Shown piece by piece: positions 12,098 through 19,517 of a stretch of DNA of 64,000 nucleotides. The translations under genes were made by a program, and so were the position numbers. How positions within the stretch are numbered: position 1 is the first letter of the stretch; every line of letters starts with the position of its first letter. The DNA comes from Bacteroidia bacterium (GTDB taxonomy: Bacteria > Bacteroidota > Bacteroidia > Bacteroidales > VadinHA17), in assembly GCA_026391215.1 (NCBI GenBank), contig JAPLDX010000058.1, forward strand, positions 2,887 through 66,886, in the 5' to 3' direction. Below the pieces are notes generated by a model that ran no database searches, had not been told where the DNA came from, and saw nothing but the letters and a program-made list of their open reading frames with translations.

Positions 12098-12212
12098 TAC
12101 CCACCCCCTTTGTCCCCCTCCTTGCTGACGCAAGGAAGGGGATATTATGTTGATATACAAATACATAAGCCCCCTTCCTTACGAAGTAGAGAAGGGGGTT
12201 GGGGGACGGGTA
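12098..12212 (+). repeat. GC-rich nested inverted-repeat element (outer stem plus two internal hairpins)
   Basis: Outer arms TACCCACCCCC (12098-12108) and GGGGGACGGGTA (12201-12212). Hairpin 12115-12141 is CCCCTCCTTGC-TGAC-GCAAGGAAGGGG. Hairpin 12170-12198 is CCCCCTTC...GAAGGGGG. Confidence 0.6.
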
Positions 12213-12227
12213 TATGGAGCTGAGTGT

Positions 12228-12259
12228 AGTTATTAACAATTTGTTAATAACTTTTGTTT
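12228..12259 (+). terminator. AT-rich Rho-independent terminator (probable true eno terminator)
   Basis: AGTTATTAAC-AATTT-GTTAATAACT perfect stem followed by TTTGTTT. Confidence 0.6.
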
Positions 12260-12313
12260 ATATCGGGTTTACAACAAGGACTTGTTTTCATTGTATTTAT
12301 TTGATCCTTGAAG

Positions 12314-12321
12314 TATATTTG
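12314..12321 (+). promoter_or_regulatory. Candidate -7 box (TATATTTG) driving the structured RNA
   Basis: Exact TAnnTTTG match ending 9 nt before the first G of GUGAGCG at 12331. Confidence 0.45.
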
Positions 12322-12330
12322 ATCTATCGG

Positions 12331-12820
12331 GTGAGCGATAAAAGGCTGCTCGAAAGATGTGGAACCGGAAAAGGTTACTTAAATGAAACACAATCCGGTT
12401 CGGTCAGGCCTTCGGGTCTGCGCATCAAGAGAGCCGAAGCACGGATGAAAGGACCACAAGTCCCGGATATCCGGAAGGTTGAAGAAAACCGGAAACGTTC
12501 TTTCAGAGACTGAGTCTCAGGGCTTCAGAAAACAAAGGGTCTCGGCCCGGAGTGATCTGAAACTGGAGCCATAACCCTCGGGAAATGGCACCGGAGCCTG
12601 AAGGACACTTCGTCCAGGAAAGTCCAGCCGAAAGGTAGGAACAAATGGACAGCCGGAAGGTTCTGCCTTAAACAGCAAAGCCGGAAGGCCCAGGGTTGCA
12701 GGAATCCCGAGTAATCGGGAGAATGCAGACGGTCAGAATAACAGTAATCCGACGCCGTATGAGGCCTCGGCCACAAACGGTGAATGGGAACTAATCTTAG
12801 GAGTAGTTCCCATTATTGTT
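12331..12820 (+). ncRNA. Unclassified large structured RNA candidate (about 490 nt) with a group II intron D5/D6-like 3' module
   Basis: - No credible ORF in the interval.
- G+C is visibly higher than in the flanks.
- At least 8 hairpins are capped by GNRA or UUCG loops that are canonical only on the + strand.
- CGCCGUAUG...AC...ACGGUG lies at 12753-12782, followed by a hairpin and U-tract. Confidence 0.6.
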
Positions 12821-12822
12821 TT
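12785..12822 (+). terminator. Hairpin plus U-rich tract ending the structured RNA (alternatively a D6-like helix)
   Basis: UGGGAACUA-(10 nt loop)-UAGUUCCCA followed by UUAUUGUUUU. Confidence 0.6.
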
Positions 12823-12838
12823 ATATACCCCTATCCTT

Positions 12839-12846
12839 TATCTTTG
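12839..12846 (+). promoter_or_regulatory. Candidate -7 box (TATCTTTG) for the UbiD-family gene
   Basis: Exact TAnnTTTG match 21 nt upstream of ATG 12867. Confidence 0.45.
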
Positions 12847-12866
12847 ACCTTCAATCTGTTTATATC

Positions 12867-14759
12867 ATGGCTTATACGGGACTTTCAGATTTTATCGCTG
12901 ACCTTGAAAAACATCAGGAACTTCATCGGATAGTGACATTTGTCGACCCTGTACTTGAAATAACCGAAATAACCGACCGGGTAACCAAAAATAATGGGAA
13001 AGCACTCCTCTTTGAATCTACCGGCACCAGATTCCCGGTCCTCATAAATGCCTATGGATCAGATACAAGAATGGCAATGGCCCTTGGAAGGCGTAACCTT
13101 GATGATGCCGCAAAGGAAATAATTAAACTATTTGAGATTATTACCAACTCTACTGGAAGCGTTTTTAATTCACTACCCTCGCTGATGACTATCTCAGGAT
13201 TCCTGCCTTCACGCAGAAGCGGAAAAGGCAAATGCCAGCAGGTAGTACACATCAATCCTGATCTGACCATGCTGCCTGTTCTGAAATGCTGGCCTCATGA
13301 CGGGGGACGTTTTATCACCCTTCCGATGGTACATACATTCCATCCGGAAACAGGTAAAACAAATGTCGGTATGTACAGGATGCAGATACTTGATGCAAAG
13401 ACCACTGCAATGCACTGGCAGCTTCATAAAACAGGAGCCTCCCATTATGAAGCCTGGAAAAAAGCCAGGCGTAAAATGCCTGTCTCCGTAGCTCTCGGAG
13501 GTGATCCTGTATATGCTTATTCATCAACAGCCCCGCTGCCCGAAAATATAGATGAATATATCCTTGCTGGATTTCTCAGGAAGAAAAAAGTTAAGTTGGT
13601 CAAATGCATTACCAATGACATTTTTATTCCCTGTGATGCTGATATAATTATTGAAGGCTATGTAGATCCTGCCGAAGAACTTGTATGGGAAGGCCCTTTT
13701 GGCGACCATACCGGATTCTATTCGCTTGCAGACTGGTATCCAAAGTTTCATGTTACCTGTATAACTCATTCAAATAGAGCTGTATATCCTGCTACTGTTG
13801 TCGGTATACCACCGCATGAGGATGCCTGGCTGATAAAAGCAACCGAAAAGATATTCCTTGCTCCTGTTAAGCTGGCAGTACAGCCTGAAATTGAGGACTT
13901 TCACATGCCGGCAGCAGGAGTTGCACATAATCTGGTCGTGGTAAAGATAAAAAAGACATACCCCGGTCAGGGGAAGAAAGTCATCAGCTCCCTGCTTGGA
14001 ACGGGTCAGATGATGTTTACCAAGTACCTTGCGGTTGTCAGCGGAAATATAGATATCAGGAATTACAGAGAACTTCTTTTGCATGTCCTTGAAAATACTG
14101 ATTTCAGGTCAGATCTTTTATTTGCCTCCGGCCCCCTGGATGTGCTTGACCATTCATCTGACACTTTTGCCATGGGAGGCAAGCTTGGTATTGATGGCAC
14201 TGAAAAGCTAAAGGAGGAACTATCCGGAAGATCATCAGGTACTCCGCATAAAGTATCACTCTCCACGGAATTAATAGTCAGCCTGAAGGAAAAGATTCTT
14301 GAAACAAACAATAACGTCAACATTATTAATGACTTGCCTGTTGTCATTGTCGGATTGAATCAGAATGAAGATGCTTTATCATCTGAAAGATCAAGGAAAG
14401 GATTCAGGGGAATTGAAACCAGAGATTTTTTCAGGCTGATCCTGGCAGTCGATAGCACCGTGGATGTGGACAATATGTCCGCAGTTGCATGGCAGATACT
14501 TGGAAACTCTGATCCTCAGCGTGATATAGAAACAATTTCGGATAATACAATTTTCATTGACGGAACCATAAAATTAAATCACGGAAGAAGATTCCCCCGC
14601 AAATGGCCAAATGTTGTGTGCTCCGATGAAGACACTATCAGAAAAACCGATCAGAAATGGGAATCGCTGGGAATAGGATCATTTATCCCGTCTCCATCGC
14701 TGAAGAATTCTGTATTACTTTGTGAAGGGGCTGATGAAGTCATCATCAGGAGGAAATGA
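12867..14759 (+). CDS. UbiD-family (prenylated-FMN dependent) decarboxylase, menaquinone/ubiquinone-type
   Basis: MAYTGLSDFIADLEKHQELHRI...LFES...MYRMQILD...WQLHKTGA... is a UbiD fold signature. ATG 12867 is preferred over the TTG at 12816, which lies inside the RNA terminator. Confidence 0.85.
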   Translation: MAYTGLSDFIADLEKHQELHRIVTFVDPVLEITEITDRVTKNNGKALLFESTGTRFPVLINAYGSDTRMAMALGRRNLDDAAKEIIKLFEIITNSTGSVFNSLPSLMTISGFLPSRRSGKGKCQQVVHINPDLTMLPVLKCWPHDGGRFITLPMVHTFHPETGKTNVGMYRMQILDAKTTAMHWQLHKTGASHYEAWKKARRKMPVSVALGGDPVYAYSSTAPLPENIDEYILAGFLRKKKVKLVKCITNDIFIPCDADIIIEGYVDPAEELVWEGPFGDHTGFYSLADWYPKFHVTCITHSNRAVYPATVVGIPPHEDAWLIKATEKIFLAPVKLAVQPEIEDFHMPAAGVAHNLVVVKIKKTYPGQGKKVISSLLGTGQMMFTKYLAVVSGNIDIRNYRELLLHVLENTDFRSDLLFASGPLDVLDHSSDTFAMGGKLGIDGTEKLKEELSGRSSGTPHKVSLSTELIVSLKEKILETNNNVNIINDLPVVIVGLNQNEDALSSERSRKGFRGIETRDFFRLILAVDSTVDVDNMSAVAWQILGNSDPQRDIETISDNTIFIDGTIKLNHGRRFPRKWPNVVCSDEDTIRKTDQKWESLGIGSFIPSPSLKNSVLLCEGADEVIIRRK

Positions 14760-14793
14760 CAGCTATTATTCGCATTCCACCAGTCTTTAAGTA

Positions 14794-15867
14794 ATGTTTT
14801 TTAATCTATTTTTGCAGTATCTGATGATACTCATTATTCATGCATATTGCTATGTCCTTCTTTTAATCACCGGAAGGTTTTTAAATTTCCTCCCGGCAGC
14901 TGATTCAGCAGTTGCCCGGTCAAGTTCGATCCTTGTTTATATTCTTTACGGTGCATTACTTATTTTAATAGTCTACCTGATTGTAATGTTTCAGACCAGA
15001 AGCCTCATTAAAACCAGGAAGCTGCTGAAGGAGAAGGAGCAAACGCTGGAAAGGCTTGAAAAACAAAAAGCTGAGCTGGAATTCAGGGATAAGGATTTAT
15101 TTGACAGCCTGATCTATGCGCAGAGGATCCAGGAGGCGCTTCTTCCTTCAGAAGATTATTTCAGGAAACATTTTAAGGATTCATTTATCTTCTTCAAGCC
15201 GAAGGATATTGTGAGCGGTGATTTTTACTGGATTGAAGAGAAGGGGGATAAGATTTTCATAGTCGGTGCAGATTGTACAGGGCATGGTGTCCCCGGGGCT
15301 CTTATGTCAATGATTGGAATGGAGATCATCGAAAAAACAATCAATGTAGATGGGATAGATGTGCCATCAGAGATACTTTCAGTTCTTAATAAAGGGCTTG
15401 AAAAAACATTCAGCAGGGAAAAGAATATCGGAACAATTATAAGGGATGGTATGGATATCGGACTCTGTGTTATTGACAGGCAAAACAGGAAAGCCCTCTA
15501 TGCAGGAGCTTTCTTTCCTCTTTATCTGATCCGTGAAAACTCGCTTATTGAAATAAAAGGTGACAAGCTTATTATAGGGATGAATCCTTCAGGCATCTCC
15601 TATACAAATCATGAGATTGAGCTTAAGGAAGACGATATGCTTTACATCTTTTCTGATGGTTATGTGGACCAGTTCGGAGGGACGGATAATAAGAAGTTCA
15701 TGTACAGGAGATTCAGGTATCTACTCAATACTATCCACGGGTTCCCTGTAAATGATCAGAAATCCATTCTTGATGAAAATATCAAGACATGGATGTCGGG
15801 AAATCCTCAGATAGATGACATTATGGTCATCGGGTTTAAGCCGCTTTCAGGAGCGGAATCTAGATGA
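14794..15867 (+). CDS. Membrane-anchored PP2C-type (SpoIIE/RsbU-like) serine phosphatase
   Basis: N-terminal TM segments and a coiled coil, then ...AQRIQEALLP...SGDFYW...GADCTGHGVPGALMS...SDGYVDQFGG.... Confidence 0.85.
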   Translation: MFFNLFLQYLMILIIHAYCYVLLLITGRFLNFLPAADSAVARSSSILVYILYGALLILIVYLIVMFQTRSLIKTRKLLKEKEQTLERLEKQKAELEFRDKDLFDSLIYAQRIQEALLPSEDYFRKHFKDSFIFFKPKDIVSGDFYWIEEKGDKIFIVGADCTGHGVPGALMSMIGMEIIEKTINVDGIDVPSEILSVLNKGLEKTFSREKNIGTIIRDGMDIGLCVIDRQNRKALYAGAFFPLYLIRENSLIEIKGDKLIIGMNPSGISYTNHEIELKEDDMLYIFSDGYVDQFGGTDNKKFMYRRFRYLLNTIHGFPVNDQKSILDENIKTWMSGNPQIDDIMVIGFKPLSGAESR

Positions 15868-17227
15868 ACTTCTTGATTTTATCAATCAGCGCTGATGGCT
15901 GGAAGGGTTTACTGATATAGTCGTCAATTCCTGCAGAAATGCATTTCTCCTTGTCGCCAAGCATAGCATTTGCCGTTATAGCAATTATCGGGATATGACT
16001 ATTTGTTGTTGATTCCAGCGCCCTTATCTTTTCAGCCGCGACAAGTCCGCTCATTACAGGCATCTGTATATCCATCAGGATCAAATCGTAGCTTGCTGTC
16101 CCGAATTTATCAAGAGCCTCCCTGCCGTTTGAAGCAGTGTCAATACTGTGTACCAGAGGCTTAAGCGTAAGGTGTGTGATCTTCTGGTTTATAAGGTTAT
16201 CCTCAACAAGAAGTATCTTAATGTCCTTCATTTCCTTATGAACCTTTTCTTTCTGAATAAGCTCTTCAATTTTTGGTGAAGCAATTTGCTGTTTAGGTTC
16301 ACGGACAATATTGGCGAAAGGAACGATTATATTCAGTACAGTAAAATTCTTGCCGAATTCCTGGGTAAAGGTTCCTCGTTTTAATGATATGAGCCTGGCA
16401 GTAAGACTGTGCTCTGATCCCTTTTCATCAATAAGTACTATATTATTATCTATTTGAATCCTTAGTCCTACATAGGTCTCATTCGCTGTCTCCTTCTCTT
16501 TTTTCAGGTTGATGGTAACCTTTGTAGGTCTTTCAGAATCATGGCTCTCAATGGTATTGAAAATATCGAGGAAAATCTGTTTCAGTATTATAGGGTCGCC
16601 AAAACATTCAAAGTCGTTGAATTCCTTTTTATTAAGAATGAAATCGAGACTGGATTTATCTTTAAGGCCGTAGAGCTCAATTGTATTCTGAATTGAGGAC
16701 AACAGGTTGAACCTGATATATTTCCTGTCTTCCATGCTAAGGTTCCCGGCAGACTGCATTGTTAATTCATTAACAATTGTCACCATGTTTTTTGTTGATG
16801 CAACAAATGTCTCAAGAAGCTCTTTCTGTTTTTTCTCAATATCAGACTCCATGAGAATATCAGTGATTATAACAAGGTTGTTCAAAGGCTCCCTGATCTT
16901 ATGTGAGAAATCGGTGATCACATCATCTTTCTTTTCACTTGATGAGGATACATCAACAATTGAATTTCTTGCAGTATTTAATATTGTAATGACTTTTTTA
17001 AGAAGGTAGAGACTACTGCATGCAGTTATTATTATTATTATCCCTGAAATTAGTTTCTGGTCCATCATCAGAAGTAAGACAGCTATTATGGCTCCTGAGA
17101 TTCCAGCATATGCAAGAGTCTCAATCAGTTTCCGGTTTTTATCATAATATTCACCGGATGAGAGATTAGAACCATTTTTATTGCTGTTCCCGGATTTGAT
17201 GGACATAGGTATTCTTTTTGAATTCAT
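15860..17227 (-). CDS. Hybrid sensor histidine kinase / response regulator with degenerate ATPase domain
   Basis: TM region, an H-box (FSHKIREPLNNL), and a C-terminal receiver (ILLVEDN...DLILMDIQMP...KPF). The G1/G2 boxes of the HATPase domain are not recognisable. Confidence 0.8.
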   Translation of the reverse strand: MNSKRIPMSIKSGNSNKNGSNLSSGEYYDKNRKLIETLAYAGISGAIIAVLLLMMDQKLISGIIIIITACSSLYLLKKVITILNTARNSIVDVSSSSEKKDDVITDFSHKIREPLNNLVIITDILMESDIEKKQKELLETFVASTKNMVTIVNELTMQSAGNLSMEDRKYIRFNLLSSIQNTIELYGLKDKSSLDFILNKKEFNDFECFGDPIILKQIFLDIFNTIESHDSERPTKVTINLKKEKETANETYVGLRIQIDNNIVLIDEKGSEHSLTARLISLKRGTFTQEFGKNFTVLNIIVPFANIVREPKQQIASPKIEELIQKEKVHKEMKDIKILLVEDNLINQKITHLTLKPLVHSIDTASNGREALDKFGTASYDLILMDIQMPVMSGLVAAEKIRALESTTNSHIPIIAITANAMLGDKEKCISAGIDDYISKPFQPSALIDKIKKFI

Positions 17228-17350
17228 GTAAAATTAAGCAAAATATATAATAAATATACATCCTCTGACATTAACATCCTTTCAGGGAAAACGTTAAATT
17301 TGCCTTTACGGTATGATATTTGAATATAACAAGGTAAATCTGTAATTGTT

Positions 17351-18118
17351 ATGGACAGGAATTTCAGGACATTTACTTTAATCCCCATCATTTTAAATGT
17401 CTTTTCTCTTTTCTCTGTATTCGGACAGGATCAGGAGAACATGGTAAAGTTTACTCCTGATTTCAGATTCACGGATGGTATTTACCTCAATTTTGAACAG
17501 GTAAAGAACAATAATCCTATTCCGAAGGCAAAACTTCTCACTTCAACCGATTATAATGACAGAGAGTTTTTCAAGAAGCTTCTTGAAGCCGGTAAAATCT
17601 ATTTTTATGATGGAATGGGCATCCGGCAGGAAGTAGTGACAAATGATATATGGGGATATGCCCGAAACGGTATTTTGTATATCCAGGTACAGGAAAATTT
17701 CAACAGGATAACCTTTGTGGGGAGCATATGCCATTTTGTCGCTGATATTACCACGTATGATCCGCGGTATTCAAACTCACCATACGGTTATTACGATCCT
17801 TATTATTCTCCTTATTCCTCTTATTCACCATATGCATACAGCAGTTATTATAATCCTTATTCTTACGGATCACCATATTACTCTCCTTACAGGCAGAATA
17901 ATATGGCCAGAAATGAGCTTAAACAATATCTGATTGATTTTGAGACCGGTAAGATTGTCGAATTTGATATGCAGAATACTGAATTACTTCTTATGAAGGA
18001 TACACAGCTTTATGAGGAATTTGTTCAGCTCCCCAGGAAGAAAAAGAAAGATCTGATGTTCGTATATATACGTAAATTTAACGAAAGAAATCCTTTGTAT
18101 TTACCTGAATATCAATAA
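17351..18118 (+). CDS. Secreted hypothetical protein with Tyr/Ser/Pro-rich low-complexity core
   Basis: Signal-peptide-like N-terminus. The central stretch is YDPRYSNSPYGYYDPYYSPYSSYSPYAYSSYYNPYSYGSPYYSPY. Confidence 0.7.
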   Translation: MDRNFRTFTLIPIILNVFSLFSVFGQDQENMVKFTPDFRFTDGIYLNFEQVKNNNPIPKAKLLTSTDYNDREFFKKLLEAGKIYFYDGMGIRQEVVTNDIWGYARNGILYIQVQENFNRITFVGSICHFVADITTYDPRYSNSPYGYYDPYYSPYSSYSPYAYSSYYNPYSYGSPYYSPYRQNNMARNELKQYLIDFETGKIVEFDMQNTELLLMKDTQLYEEFVQLPRKKKKDLMFVYIRKFNERNPLYLPEYQ

Positions 18119-18123
18119 ATAAA

Positions 18124-18978
18124 ATGAAAAAAGCGATTATTGTTCTTTCCGTATTTTGTGTCTCCCTTATGCTTTCCGGCCAGGCTCCATTCCCGACCAG
18201 GGAGGAAATAAAGCAATTCAGCGAATCAAAAACCTGCGTGGTCATGGAGGATGATCCTTTATCTGACTTTAATTTCTACATTAAAGATGCGATGAAGGAA
18301 TACTGGACGGTAACCCCTTATGAATTTATAACGGTCAGTGATTTTAATGTCAGAAAGATCAGCAAATCCCTTTCATTTATCGTCCTGACCGATACTAATT
18401 ATGATAAGGATAAATCGAATTCAGTGTTTAAATTTATAAACCTGCTTCAGGGCAAGGATGTTGACAAGCTTGGAGAGATGCCTGAGATATGTGCAATACC
18501 GCTTTCTTTTGCAGGGGAGGAGGATATCGAGTACGGGTACAAGCTGGGAGCCATTCTCTCGTTCATGCAAAAGCATGCACAGCTGATAATGGAGGATCCT
18601 TCCAAGACAGGAAGAAAATACCTTAAATACTATAATGAGAACATCCCTGCTGTAATGGGAAAGACGATCCTGATAAAGAAGGAGGACCTGGCTCCTGAGA
18701 TAGGAACGATTGAGAAAATAAAGGCGATCTATTCAAATAAGGTTGAGATCGTATCGGAAGAGGATATTGTAAATGCCATCAGGAATAAAGCACCGAACAC
18801 TTTAATCCTTCATAAGGTTGGTCCCGTGGGAGAACGTATCACTGAAGGTTATTGCTTTAAGATGCTTATCGGGACAGATGATGCCAACATGTATTATTAC
18901 AATCTTCATTCAATTGATAAAAAGAATCCAAATGGGTTTTTACCTGCCGATCTGAAACGGCTTGCAAGATTTGACTGA
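18124..18978 (+). CDS. Secreted hypothetical protein
   Basis: 284 aa ORF with a signal peptide (MKKAIIVLSVFCVSLMLSGQ). It starts 6 nt after the preceding gene. I recognise no family. Confidence 0.7.
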   Translation: MKKAIIVLSVFCVSLMLSGQAPFPTREEIKQFSESKTCVVMEDDPLSDFNFYIKDAMKEYWTVTPYEFITVSDFNVRKISKSLSFIVLTDTNYDKDKSNSVFKFINLLQGKDVDKLGEMPEICAIPLSFAGEEDIEYGYKLGAILSFMQKHAQLIMEDPSKTGRKYLKYYNENIPAVMGKTILIKKEDLAPEIGTIEKIKAIYSNKVEIVSEEDIVNAIRNKAPNTLILHKVGPVGERITEGYCFKMLIGTDDANMYYYNLHSIDKKNPNGFLPADLKRLARFD

Positions 18979-19026
18979 TGCATCATAGAGAAAAATATGC
19001 CGTCTTTTCAGTAAACTAAGAACATT

Positions 19027-19383
19027 ATGGAAGAGGTTAGAGAATTATCGGAATCGGAAAAAAACTGGGCGATGCTTTGCCACCTTTCGGCATTCGCAGG
19101 TTTCTTTTTCCCGTTTGGCGGGATAATAGGACCGCTTATCTGCTGGTTATCAAAAAAAGATGAATCAGCCTGGGTTAATGAAAACGGAAAGGCATCATTG
19201 AACTTCCAGCTTTCCATGCTGCTGTATATGGTGCTGGCAATTCCTTTGTGCTTTATTATTATCGGGATACCGATCATAGCGTTTTTAGGCGTTCTGAAAG
19301 TAGTTTGTATTATAATTGCAAGCATCAAGGGTTCTAAAGGGGAAAGATTCAAGTATCCGATTTCGATACCGTTTATACAATAA
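19027..19383 (+). CDS. DUF4870-type small membrane protein
   Basis: ...EKNWAMLCHLSAFAGFFFPFGGIIGPLICWL.K...NGKASLNFQLS... is the typical DUF4870 pattern, with 3 TM segments. Confidence 0.75.
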   Translation: MEEVRELSESEKNWAMLCHLSAFAGFFFPFGGIIGPLICWLSKKDESAWVNENGKASLNFQLSMLLYMVLAIPLCFIIIGIPIIAFLGVLKVVCIIIASIKGSKGERFKYPISIPFIQ

Positions 19384-19410
19384 TATATAAGACAGATTCA
19401 TTATAGGCCC

Positions 19411-19441
19411 GGCGTAGTTTAAAACTACGCCGAACTTTTTC
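19411..19441 (+). terminator. Rho-independent terminator
   Basis: GGCGTAGT-TTTAAA-ACTACGCC followed by GAACTTTTT. Confidence 0.6.
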
Positions 19442-19517
19442 GAAACTAATTTCTGCTTAAAGTTTTCGTTTTTCAACACTTTTTATTATCTTTCTTCTTC
19501 ATTTAAAACTATTTGCC

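Noticed and set aside
12199-12513. 104-aa + strand ORF spanning the eno terminator region and the 5' third of the structured RNA.
   Set aside because: - It begins inside the GC-rich repeat.
- It runs through an AT-rich terminator and a promoter box.
- It has no recognisable domain.
- Its second half is read out of stem-loop sequence, so it looks like a chance ORF.
12525-12776. 83-aa minus-strand ORF antisense to the structured RNA.
   Set aside because: The composition is Arg/Pro/Ser/Cys-rich, as expected from reading G+C-rich hairpins. The tetraloops and G-U pairs support the + strand being the functional one.
12331-12820. Possibility that the structured RNA is RNase P RNA, tmRNA, SRP RNA or an FMN/cobalamin riboswitch.
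   Set aside because: - RNase P: GGAAAGUCCAGCC (12618-12630) superficially resembles the P4 strand GGAAAGUCCGGGC. However, no complementary CUGGCUU strand exists, the motif lies about 290 nt from the 5' end, and the GGUAAGAGCGCACC and ACAGAAnCCGGCUUA blocks are absent.
- tmRNA: there is no GGGGCUGA 5' end and no tRNA-like ...UCCACCA 3' end.
- SRP RNA: the interval is too long for a Bacteroidota 4.5S RNA.
- Riboswitches: there is no B12 box and no RFN core.

All of this was judged by eye only, so cmsearch is still needed.
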